The position numbers were made by a program, and so were the translations under genes. Below are positions 48,366 to 56,783 of a stretch of DNA of 58,626 bases, one piece after another; positions within the stretch are counted from its first letter, which is position 1; every line of letters starts with the position of its first letter. The notes beneath the pieces are model-generated. The model ran no database searches, was not told the origin of the DNA, and saw nothing but the letters and a program-made list of their open reading frames with translations. This DNA comes from an uncultured Spirochaetaceae bacterium (GTDB lineage: Bacteria > Spirochaetota > Spirochaetia > Treponematales > Treponemataceae): NCBI GenBank assembly GCA_902772975.1, contig CACYCX010000116.1:1-58626 (forward strand), read 5' to 3'.

Positions 48366-49442
48366 TTACTTGACGGCGCTTTTTTTATTTCTTCTTTTGT
48401 TTTGTTTTTCTTCGGCCTGTTTTTTATAAAGCTCTTCTGCCTGCTTTTCGGCTTTGCGCCTTGCAGCAATAATCAATTCGGGATGATATTCAAAATGCAT
48501 GTTGTCCCAGATTGCCCAGTAGCCGCCCCAGATAAAGCCTTCCGCTTCAAAAGCGTCGATTACAGGTTTAGGCGGCATCCATCTGTTCTTAAGCGGAATG
48601 AGCATCCATTTTTCGTTGCCCTTTTGTTTTTCAAATCCCCAGTAAGTAATCTTTCTTCCCCAGCCGCGTGGAAGTACGTCAATTGCAATTCCAAAGCTGT
48701 GGAAGGATTTTGTGTGGCTGTCACGGATTTCGCGCCAGTTGTAGGCATCGCAGCTTAGAAGCTGTGAGAGAAATGCTTTTACTTCGGGATCAGTTTTTGC
48801 AAGCTCGTATACGCGCTCTTCCACGCGGTCAAGCGGCTTTACGATATCAGCATGTATTCCGGTTGGGCGGCCCCAGAGCGTCCTGCTTTTTAAGTGCGAT
48901 TCGGTGCTGGCGCGTGTCCAGCAATCGTGAATTGCGTCAAAAATAAATTTTGATGAGACCGCGCCCTTCTGCCTGTTTTCGGTGGAGCTGTATGCTATTA
49001 TGCGCTGCTTCTGCTCTTCGGTAAAATCTGCCGGGTCTGCAAGCTGATTCTGGTAATTGTAAATAACGCGCCAGTAATGTGATTTTTCGGCCAGATATTT
49101 TTTTGGAAGGTAAAGGCCGCCTGCGTGATAGAGAACAGTTTTTTTCCCGTATGCAGTTACGGTAAGCGTCCAGTCTTCAACTTCGCGGTCATAGCCGAAT
49201 TGAAAATGAACGTCGGGATATGCTTCCTTAAAAATTTCGTATTCTTCATAGGGAGTCCATTCACTTTCGGAAGACCAGCTTACATTTTCGTTTGCAAGCG
49301 GATCGGGTTTTAAATCTTCCTGAGTCGGCGAAGTTTGAGAAGTCGGAGAAGAAGCTGACAGCTGAATTGAAGCGAATAATGAAATAGTCAGTAGATTAAT
49401 GGCGGTTAAGAAAAATCTTTTTACGAAAATCCGTTTTGTCAT
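48366..49442 (-). CDS. M15 family D-Ala-D-Ala carboxypeptidase-like metallopeptidase, exported
   Basis: Signal peptide; SFHSFGIAID (SxHxxGxAxD), WGGYW...DNMHFEY. Confidence 0.88.
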   Translation of the reverse strand: MTKRIFVKRFFLTAINLLTISLFASIQLSASSPTSQTSPTQEDLKPDPLANENVSWSSESEWTPYEEYEIFKEAYPDVHFQFGYDREVEDWTLTVTAYGKKTVLYHAGGLYLPKKYLAEKSHYWRVIYNYQNQLADPADFTEEQKQRIIAYSSTENRQKGAVSSKFIFDAIHDCWTRASTESHLKSRTLWGRPTGIHADIVKPLDRVEERVYELAKTDPEVKAFLSQLLSCDAYNWREIRDSHTKSFHSFGIAIDVLPRGWGRKITYWGFEKQKGNEKWMLIPLKNRWMPPKPVIDAFEAEGFIWGGYWAIWDNMHFEYHPELIIAARRKAEKQAEELYKKQAEEKQNKRRNKKSAVK

Positions 49443-49457
49443 TTTTTTTAATCCTGA

Positions 49458-50129
49458 TTAAATTTTTTTTAATCCAATAAAAGCTGTAACTGATTTTTCC
49501 GGAGCCATAATCAGAGTCTGCATGAGCGAAAGCCCGATTCTTGTGCATGGCAGCATCGAAAAAATATTTTTCTGTAAATCAAGCGGAACATCTCCATAGC
49601 CCGGACTGTAGCGCGGTTTGGTCTGAAATCCTTCTTGAGCTGCATCTGACTTTATCCTGCTGTTTACAAAATCAACGAATTCTTCTATAAACATTGCGCC
49701 GGTAGCCTGCATTACTGAAGCGAGAGCCGAATTTATTGCGCCAGTCCGCCTTATTAGGGAATCAACCTGCGGTCCGATTGTGCAGGCGGCAACACAAACC
49801 TTTTTGCAATCCTTAAAAAGCGGCCACAGATACTTTGAAGAGATTTTTATTTCGCCGAATTGAATTTCTGGAATTGACTGAGTTTCGTTCTGGGCTTCAT
49901 TTTGTGTTTGCGCCAATTTTTTTTCTTCCGGTTCAGAAAAGCTCAAATCGTAAAAGTCATAAACTGCCTGCGGCATTATAATGGAACGCATCTTTTCAAT
50001 TGCTTTTTCTGCCAGAGCCTTTACGGTTTCATCTGGCGTGGAATTAACATTGTAGCCAAGATAGCGGAAAACTTCTTTGTGGTTCGGAGTGATTTGTTCT
50101 GCTTCAAGATGAATGAAAGTCGCGGACAT
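49458..50129 (-). CDS. Stand-alone B12-dependent methionine synthase activation-domain protein
   Basis: EVFRYLGY, ACTIG, RYSPGYGD, M.PEKSVTAFIG; start set at MSATF (50129). Confidence 0.85.
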   Translation of the reverse strand: MSATFIHLEAEQITPNHKEVFRYLGYNVNSTPDETVKALAEKAIEKMRSIIMPQAVYDFYDLSFSEPEEKKLAQTQNEAQNETQSIPEIQFGEIKISSKYLWPLFKDCKKVCVAACTIGPQVDSLIRRTGAINSALASVMQATGAMFIEEFVDFVNSRIKSDAAQEGFQTKPRYSPGYGDVPLDLQKNIFSMLPCTRIGLSLMQTLIMAPEKSVTAFIGLKKI

Positions 50130-50174
50130 TTGTTTAAGTTTAACATGGTTTAAGGAAAAATGTAAGGCAAAATC

Positions 50175-50327
50175 ATGAAAGGGCTTGCACAAGGATTAGC
50201 ACAAGGTGCCAGACAAGCTCGAGAAGAAGATGCCCGAAATTTAGTTGCAAATAATGTTCCCGTTGAAGTAATCGCAAAATCTCTGAATATGACAGTCGAA
50301 GAAATTAATCAGCTCATAGCAAAATAA
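50175..50327 (+). CDS. 50-aa ORF resembling the C-terminus of Rpn/PD-(D/E)XK 'transposase' proteins (RpnS-like or relic)
   Basis: Manual translation: MKGLAQGLAQGARQAREEDARNLVANNVPVEVIAKSLNMTVEEINQLIAK; below the ORF-track cutoff. Confidence 0.65.
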   Translation: MKGLAQGLAQGARQAREEDARNLVANNVPVEVIAKSLNMTVEEINQLIAK

Positions 50328-50391
50328 ACCAAGCCTATACAAAAATTCACACTGCCTTGAACAGAATCCGGTTGAAGTATAAAATAGCAGA

Positions 50392-50799
50392 ATGAAGACT
50401 AACGGTGCATTAATTTCAGTATTAAAAAAAATATATAGAAAAATAACAGGTTCAAAGCGCGAATCACCGGAGAGCATAAAGGCAGCCGAAGAATCCATGC
50501 AGCATATTCTTCAGGCATTTGAAATCCTTTCGCAGAAGGCAGTCGGCTTAAAAGAAAAATATCCCGAACAGGCAAAGCTGATTGAAGAATATTACGAGGA
50601 AACTAAATCAATCGAACCGAGTGCAAGCGTCCGTGCCGGAAAATTTGAACAGGCTCTTGCTCAGGAAATTACAAAGGTGAGCTCGTCTTGCGATAAGATT
50701 TTTGAAAGCGGTGATACTTCTATTCTTGACGAAAATTTAAAATATCTGGCCCGCTTTATCCGTGAACGCAAAAATGCCGACATTCCCGAAGAAGAATAA
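50392..50799 (+). CDS. Hypothetical helical protein
   Basis: 135-aa ORF preceded by TTGAAC-17-TAAAAT-6-ATG. Confidence 0.7.
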   Translation: MKTNGALISVLKKIYRKITGSKRESPESIKAAEESMQHILQAFEILSQKAVGLKEKYPEQAKLIEEYYEETKSIEPSASVRAGKFEQALAQEITKVSSSCDKIFESGDTSILDENLKYLARFIRERKNADIPEEE

Positions 50800-50820
50800 G
50801 GGCATAACTTAAAAAAAATA

Positions 50821-51870
50821 ATGACAGCGGAAGAAGTCGCACAAAAGCTAATTGAACACAAACAGCTTTTAATGGAAGAAATCGTTTTTTTAATTGAAAG
50901 CAGAAGCTTATTGTCCGACAATCTGGCATCAGCTGCCCGCGCAATTGAAGTAAAGAATTTCGGAAAAAAAATATTTGTGCGCGGCCTTATAGAATTTTCA
51001 AATTACTGCCGGAATGACTGCTATTATTGCGGAATCCGAAAAAGCAACAAAAATGTAAGCCGCTATCGTCTATCCCCCGACCAGATTCTGACCGCCTGCA
51101 AAGCCGGATACGAGCTGGGCTTTAAGACATTTGTCCTCCAATCCGGCGAAGATTCCTATTATACAGACGGCTTGCTTTCAGAGATTGTCTCTTCCATTAA
51201 AAAGGAATTTCCTGAATGTGCAGTTACGCTTTCTGTCGGGGAGCTTGATTCTGAAAAATACAGGGCATTGCGTCTAGCCGGCGCCGACAGATTTTTATTG
51301 CGGCACGAGACCGCCGACGAAGAGCATTACAAAAAACTTCATCCGTCTAATATGTCGGCGGCTAACCGGAAATCTTGCCTGTTTACCTTACGCGACTTAG
51401 GTTACCAGGTCGGCGCCGGATTTATGGTACAGAGCCCGTATCAGACCGCCTTGAATCTGGCAGAAGATATTTTATTTTTGCAAAAACTCCGGCCGCACAT
51501 GATTGGAATAGGGCCGTTTATTCATCACAGGGACACGCCGTTCGCAGGTTTTCCTGATGGCAGCGCGGAACTGACATTGTATTTAATTTCTATTTTGAGG
51601 ATAATGTTTCCGTCGGCGCTTATTCCCGCAACAACTGCGCTTGGTACGATAATTCCAGACGGCCGGGAACGCGGAATATTATCGGGCGCTAATGTGCTTA
51701 TGCCGAATCTTTCGCCGGTTGGGGTACGGGAAAAATATTCGCTTTACGAAAATAAAATTTGTACCGGAGCCGAAGCCGCTGAATGCATTAAGTGTCTTGA
51801 AAAGCGCATCGCGTCTATCGGGTATGAGATTTCGTATGATAGAGGAGATTTTGTAGATTATGAGCAGTGA
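50821..51870 (+). CDS. hydE: [FeFe]-hydrogenase H-cluster radical SAM maturase HydE
   Basis: RGLIEFSNYCRNDCYYCGIR, LLRHETA, MIGIGPFI, PATTAL, GANVLMPNLSP, YSLYENK. Confidence 0.88.
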   Translation: MTAEEVAQKLIEHKQLLMEEIVFLIESRSLLSDNLASAARAIEVKNFGKKIFVRGLIEFSNYCRNDCYYCGIRKSNKNVSRYRLSPDQILTACKAGYELGFKTFVLQSGEDSYYTDGLLSEIVSSIKKEFPECAVTLSVGELDSEKYRALRLAGADRFLLRHETADEEHYKKLHPSNMSAANRKSCLFTLRDLGYQVGAGFMVQSPYQTALNLAEDILFLQKLRPHMIGIGPFIHHRDTPFAGFPDGSAELTLYLISILRIMFPSALIPATTALGTIIPDGRERGILSGANVLMPNLSPVGVREKYSLYENKICTGAEAAECIKCLEKRIASIGYEISYDRGDFVDYEQ

Positions 51871-52441
51871 TATAAAACAGAATGAAATCCTGATGGCAAA
51901 AAACAAATTCAAAATGTGTCCTATGTGCGGCTCTGCAAAAATTGAATACAAGGATGCGCGTAAATGGATTTGTCCTGATTGCGGTTTTGATTTGTACAAC
52001 AATGTGGCTTCGGCGGTTGGCGTTATTATCTGCGATGTTGACGGAAGCGTCCTGTTTGAGAAAAGGGCTAAGGAACCTAAAAAGGGAATGCTTACAATTC
52101 CGGGCGGCTTTTGCGATTATGACGAAACGGCAGAAGAGGCCGCGTTACGGGAATGCCGCGAAGAGATTTCACTTGTTCCGTCTGAGATAAGATATATTGC
52201 AAGCTTTCCGAATAATTATGAATACAAAAATGTTCATTACAAAACGTGTGATATGTTTTTTTCGGCAAGGCTCGAAATTCCCGATGGAAAAAAATTGATT
52301 GACTTGATTCATGCGCAGGAAACGGAAGTAACAGGCTTTGTTACGGAAAAAATTTCCTGTGAAGAAGATATACAGCGTCTTCCGATTGCATTTGATTCTG
52401 TAAAAAAGGCTCTTGCAGTCTGGCTGAAAACAAAAAATTGA
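51860..52441 (+). CDS. NUDIX hydrolase with N-terminal zinc ribbon
   Basis: CPMCG...CPDCG; PGGF...ETAEEAALRECREE Nudix box. Confidence 0.9.
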   Translation: MSSDIKQNEILMAKNKFKMCPMCGSAKIEYKDARKWICPDCGFDLYNNVASAVGVIICDVDGSVLFEKRAKEPKKGMLTIPGGFCDYDETAEEAALRECREEISLVPSEIRYIASFPNNYEYKNVHYKTCDMFFSARLEIPDGKKLIDLIHAQETEVTGFVTEKISCEEDIQRLPIAFDSVKKALAVWLKTKN

Positions 52442-52953
52442 GGATTGGTATGAACAGTAAAATAATAATAAAAATCGCAGTATTAGCTTCACTTGCAATT
52501 TACGGAGCGCTTCTTGCGTATCAGCCGTTAAGAAGAAAGTCACTCAGAGTCAAAGCGGGAAATCTTATTAGATCAACAAAAGAGAATATTTTTACATTTA
52601 CGGTTATCTCCTGGATTGTCTTTCCTGTATTTTTTATTCTGTGCCTTTTTGTAAAGCTCGGAGTTGTGGTAACAGTCGTTATGTGCGGTGCCGGAATTCT
52701 TGGAATGATTACGACTTGCAAAGAGGACGCGGTTTGTGCAGAAAGCGGAATTTATGATGCGGGCTTTATCAATTGCAAGGAATTGATTTTGTTTGATGAA
52801 ATAGAATCGATTAATCCGCCTGATAAAAAATATCCTTTTTTGATGGTGCTGAAAATGAAGTCAGGCAAGAATCTTATGGCTTCGTTTATGACGGAAGAGG
52901 ATTTTAAAATTGCGCAGGATGCACTTTTTGCGCGCCGCCCTGATTTAAGATGA
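52438..52953 (+). CDS. Hypothetical membrane protein
   Basis: Three hydrophobic segments; overlaps the NUDIX stop. Confidence 0.65.
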   Translation: MRIGMNSKIIIKIAVLASLAIYGALLAYQPLRRKSLRVKAGNLIRSTKENIFTFTVISWIVFPVFFILCLFVKLGVVVTVVMCGAGILGMITTCKEDAVCAESGIYDAGFINCKELILFDEIESINPPDKKYPFLMVLKMKSGKNLMASFMTEEDFKIAQDALFARRPDLR

Positions 52954-53033
52954 GCGGAAGTTTTTATAAACGGGGTACAAGCGGTGCCGGGTATAGACAA
53001 AAAGTTTTATATCTGTTATAGTTAAAAAACCGT

Positions 53034-53105
53034 GGGGTCTTACCCAAATGGGAAGGGACTGGTCTGCAAAACCATCATGAAGCGGTTCGATTCCGCTAGA
53101 CCCCT
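53034..53105 (+). tRNA. tRNA-Cys (GCA)
   Basis: Acceptor GGGGTCT/AGACCCC, D arm CCC/GGG, anticodon loop CTGCAAA, T arm AGCGG-TTCGATT-CCGCT, U73; CCA not encoded; upstream TAGACA-17-TATAGT promoter. Confidence 0.93.
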
Positions 53106-53109
53106 GATA

Positions 53110-53146
53110 GAAAAAGTCCGTGTTTATCGCGGACTTTTTCTTTTTC
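53110..53146 (+). terminator. tRNA-Cys terminator
   Basis: GAAAAAGTCCGTG-ttta-tCGCGGACTTTTTC followed by T run. Confidence 0.8.
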
Positions 53147-53207
53147 CGGAATGTGAGGCTGGTTTTATACCGTGCCGTAGCAAAGCTGCATTCCGTTTAA
53201 GATATAT

Positions 53208-53246
53208 AAAAAAACTGCGTTTCAGAACTGAAGCGCAGTTTTTTTT
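53208..53246. terminator. Bidirectional terminator downstream of the 53280 gene
   Basis: AAAAAAACTGCGTTTCAG-aa-CTGAAGCGCAGTTTTTTTT. Confidence 0.8.
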
Positions 53247-53279
53247 AATCAGAAAATGACTTGAAGTTCCCGGAACTAA

Positions 53280-53708
53280 TTAGAGTCCAAGAGCGCTTTT
53301 GTTATCCTGATTGTTAAGAAGCTTGTATTCAATCTTTGCCTTGTGATCTTCGTTGTAGTATGTGTTGTGAACTTCAAGCTGAAGACCTGTGTCAAAATTT
53401 ACAGGCTTTGTGAATTTGTATTCGCGGTTCTTTGCGCGGCACTTCCATGAAACAGAAATACCATCATTTGATGGAGTTATTGCGAAATCCTGAACATTTC
53501 CCTTTGTAAACTTGTAAATAAGTTCACCGGAATCCCTGTCACGAAGCTCGCAAATTGTGTCAGATTCTGTGTTAATCTGGAATGTCCAGTCTGCATTGTA
53601 CTTGGTGTCTGTCCATGTTCCCTGTGGAAACTGGTTGTCAGCTGCCTGTGCGAATGCCCCTGTTGCTGTGAGTGCTGCTACTGCTAGTACGACCAAAAAC
53701 TTTTTCAT
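53280..53708 (-). CDS. Small secreted/periplasmic beta-rich hypothetical protein
   Basis: Signal peptide MKKFLVVLAVAALTATGAFA; GGAGG RBS before ATG 53708. Confidence 0.8.
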   Translation of the reverse strand: MKKFLVVLAVAALTATGAFAQAADNQFPQGTWTDTKYNADWTFQINTESDTICELRDRDSGELIYKFTKGNVQDFAITPSNDGISVSWKCRAKNREYKFTKPVNFDTGLQLEVHNTYYNEDHKAKIEYKLLNNQDNKSALGL

Positions 53709-53808
53709 AAAATACAACCTCCGAATGATGTATTATACCTACGATTTTACATCAATCCAAAAAAATCTGCAATTTTATTCTCCTTAAATACAAAAAAATC
53801 TGAAAAAA

Positions 53809-53958
53809 AAGTGGTATCTCCCGGCAGTTAATGAATATAACGCCATGTATGACAATTTCAGTGTCGTTTCAGCCGCGCTTGCATTGATTGGAAATGAATA
53901 TGCAGATCCAATAGTAACAGCTGGAAAGACTGAATCTGTTGATTTTTGGTCAAAATAG
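53809..53958 (+). pseudogene. Start-less fragment resembling a DUF1566/Lcl-C (CLec-fold) domain
   Basis: Manual translation KWYLPAVNEYNAMYDNFSVVSAALALIGNEYADPIVTAGKTESVDFWSK*, which resembles WYLPSxxEL...N...V..AL...G...YWSS; in-frame stop at 53785 and no ATG/GTG/TTG before the motif. Confidence 0.5.
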
Positions 53959-53999
53959 GGTAAGATATAAAGAAACAGAATTATTTCGGAGGAAATTAA

Positions 54000-54785
54000 A
54001 TGGTAGATTATACAGAGGGCTCGGGAAAACAGTATCACACTGGCGTTGGCCCGAACGATATAGGAAAATATATTATCATGCCGGGTGACCCGAAGCGCTG
54101 CGCAAAAATTGCAGAGCATTTTGATAATCCTGTGCTCGTGGCAGATGTCCGCGAATATACAACTTATACTGGAACTCTTGACGGCGTGAAGGTCAGCGTT
54201 ACTTCAACAGGAATAGGAGGCCCTTCTGCGGCAATTGCAATTGATGAGCTTGCAAAATGCGGTGCACATACTTTTGTCCGTGTCGGAACATGCGGCGGAA
54301 TGCAGGAAGATGTCTGCGGCGGTGATGTCGTAATCGCAACGGGAGCCGTCAGAATGGAAGGAACAAGCCGCGAATTTGCGCCGATCGAATATCCGGCCGT
54401 CGCTAACCTTGACGTCACAAACGCGCTCGTACAAAGCGCCTCTAAGCTCGGTCAGAAACATCATGTCGGCGTCGTTCAGTGCAAGGATTCCTTTTTCGGG
54501 CAGCACGAGCCGGAGGTTATGCCGGTAAGCTATGAGCTTGAAAACAAATGGAACGCGTGGCTCAGAATGGGCTGCCTTGCAAGCGAAATGGAAAGTGCCG
54601 CACTTTTTATCGCAGGACAGTTTTTGCGTGTAAGAGTAGGCTCGTGCTTTCTCGTTGTAGCAAATCAGGAGCGTGCCAAAAAAGGATTACCCAACAAACA
54701 GGCGCACGATACCGAATGCGCGATTTCTGTTGCGGTTGAGGCGCTTAGAATCCTTATCCAGAAAGACAAGGAAAGCCAGAAATAA
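54000..54785 (+). CDS. udp: Uridine phosphorylase
   Basis: [38 protein letters not shown]. Confidence 0.92.
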   Translation: MVDYTEGSGKQYHTGVGPNDIGKYIIMPGDPKRCAKIAEHFDNPVLVADVREYTTYTGTLDGVKVSVTSTGIGGPSAAIAIDELAKCGAHTFVRVGTCGGMQEDVCGGDVVIATGAVRMEGTSREFAPIEYPAVANLDVTNALVQSASKLGQKHHVGVVQCKDSFFGQHEPEVMPVSYELENKWNAWLRMGCLASEMESAALFIAGQFLRVRVGSCFLVVANQERAKKGLPNKQAHDTECAISVAVEALRILIQKDKESQK

Positions 54786-54811
54786 GCTGCCGTTTTTAAT
54801 CAGGGACGCGC

Positions 54812-55723
54812 TTAGTTTGTAAATCCGAACGGCGTTTCCTGATATACGTAATAGTTAAGCCAGTTTGAATAAAAAAGGTGCGCCGTACTACGCCATGTCG
54901 AATGCGGCGTCTGGCACGGATCGTTGTCAGGAAAATAATTTACCGGAAGCTCAATGGGAAGTCCCTTGTTCTTATCGCGGTAATATTCGTCAGAAAGCGT
55001 ATTCGTATCGTATTCAAGATGACCGGTCATAAAAATTGAACGGTTATCTTTTGTTTTTATAAGGGTGACGCCGACATCTTCCGAGCGCGAAAGAATAATC
55101 AAATCATCGTGCTGCTTGATGTCCTCTTCGTGTATCGTAGTATGGCGCGACTGTGGAATCGGGAATATATCGTCAAACCCGCGAAGCAGCGGCTCTGCAA
55201 TCGTAGTGCGCCTGTTCTTAAAAATACCGAACATCTTCTTATCGAGCGGATATTTTGGAATGCCGTAGTGATGGTAAAGTCCGGCCTGCGCACCCCAGCA
55301 AATATAAAGCGTGGAGTAAACATGTTCTTTTGCCCAGTCCATTATTTTGCAAAGCTCTTCCCAGTAATCAACTTCTTCAAACGGAATCTGCTCCACAGGC
55401 GCGCCGGTTATTACGAGGCCGTCAAAATTGTGCTTATAAAGTTCTGTTGAGGGAACATAAAATTTTTCGAGGTGTTCTGCCAATGTGTGAACCGAGCTGT
55501 GGCTTTCCATTCGTACAAGTGGGATTTCAACCTGAAGCGGAGTGTTTCCTAAAAGCCTGAAAAGCTGAGTTTCTGTCGTGCTCTTTACCGGCATCAAATT
55601 TACGACGGCAATTTTAAGAGGGCGGATATCCTGAGTGGAAGCGCGCTGCTCTGTCATTACGAATATGTTTTCGTTTTCGAGAATTTTTCTTGCTGGTAAA
55701 TCAGACTGTATTTTTATTGGCAT
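54812..55723 (-). CDS. metA: MetA-family homoserine O-acyltransferase (probably O-acetyltransferase)
   Basis: [28 protein letters not shown]; Glu in TGAPVE indicates acetyl-CoA preference. Confidence 0.95.
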   Translation of the reverse strand: MPIKIQSDLPARKILENENIFVMTEQRASTQDIRPLKIAVVNLMPVKSTTETQLFRLLGNTPLQVEIPLVRMESHSSVHTLAEHLEKFYVPSTELYKHNFDGLVITGAPVEQIPFEEVDYWEELCKIMDWAKEHVYSTLYICWGAQAGLYHHYGIPKYPLDKKMFGIFKNRRTTIAEPLLRGFDDIFPIPQSRHTTIHEEDIKQHDDLIILSRSEDVGVTLIKTKDNRSIFMTGHLEYDTNTLSDEYYRDKNKGLPIELPVNYFPDNDPCQTPHSTWRSTAHLFYSNWLNYYVYQETPFGFTN

Positions 55724-55773
55724 ATTGAGGAGAATATAGCATAAAATGCGCTTTGTTGCTATACTTTTCTGAT

Positions 55774-56778
55774 ATGAATAAAAATGACGACAGAAAGGCC
55801 GCGGTTAAAAAATTACGGTCGCTTGTATATTCCACAAAGCAGAATGTAGAAGTTTACAGAAAAAAACTTGATGAAACTTTTTATGTTCCGGTACTCCCCA
55901 ATCATGTTGAATTTACAGAACATGCATATAACGGAATTCAGTGTGATGTACTCATGCCTGTTGTCTATTCTTCAAACAGAATTATGATTTATGTTCACGG
56001 CGGTGCATTTGTCGGCGGTTCCCGGAAGGCGTGGCGCGGATTTTGTTCCTCGGTTGCGACTGCATGCTCGTGCCGCGTAGTTGTTCCTGAATACAGATTA
56101 GCCCCGGCTTATGCATTCCCGGCTGCAATGGAGGATTTGCAGAGCGTGTTCCGTTCTGTTTTTACGGAAGAGCAGATTGCATGCTCGCTTGATTCCGGTG
56201 ATGGAAAAGGAAATATGCTCCCTGAAATCGTGATTGCTGCAGACGGGTCCGGGGCGTCGATTGCGATGGCGCTTGTTTTGAGCTTGCGTGAAAGATACCG
56301 CGCCTGCATCAGCAATGTGATTCTGTTTTCTCCATGGCTCAACATGTCGCCGGATTCTGAAATCATTAAAGGAAAAAAAGTACATGATGAAATTCTTTCC
56401 GGTGACTGCATTCGTCGCGGCGGTGATGTTTATACTTACACTGGAAATCTTGAAAATCAGATGGTGTCGCCGGTTTTTGCTTCAGAAGAAAATTTAAAAG
56501 GCTTCCCTGATGTTTACATTCAGATGGGTGAAAAGGAAATCCTTCTTGAAGACGCAAAAACATTTAAGACAAAAATTGAAGCCTGCGGCGGAAAATGCGT
56601 GCTTGATGTAGTTCCGGATATGATGTTCATGTTCCAGATGGCGGACGAATATCTTTCAGAAGCTCACCTTGCAATTGAACGGATTGGAAAACTGATTACC
56701 TCACGACAGGACGAGACTGACGAGGAAACCTTGAACCGCGCTCCTGTACTTGAAGACAGCCTTAAATCGGAGGCGTAA
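55774..56778 (+). CDS. HSL-family alpha/beta hydrolase fold protein with degenerate catalytic motifs
   Basis: YVHGGAF, YRLAP...FPA..ED, SPW motifs; ADGSG in place of GDSAG. Confidence 0.85.
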   Translation: MNKNDDRKAAVKKLRSLVYSTKQNVEVYRKKLDETFYVPVLPNHVEFTEHAYNGIQCDVLMPVVYSSNRIMIYVHGGAFVGGSRKAWRGFCSSVATACSCRVVVPEYRLAPAYAFPAAMEDLQSVFRSVFTEEQIACSLDSGDGKGNMLPEIVIAADGSGASIAMALVLSLRERYRACISNVILFSPWLNMSPDSEIIKGKKVHDEILSGDCIRRGGDVYTYTGNLENQMVSPVFASEENLKGFPDVYIQMGEKEILLEDAKTFKTKIEACGGKCVLDVVPDMMFMFQMADEYLSEAHLAIERIGKLITSRQDETDEETLNRAPVLEDSLKSEA

Positions 56779-56783
56779 TTTTT

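Noticed and set aside
53032-53259. 75-aa ORF over the tRNA, and tRNA-Cys as an integration site
   Set aside because: The ORF is a tRNA/terminator artefact; no integrase or duplicated tRNA 3' end was seen
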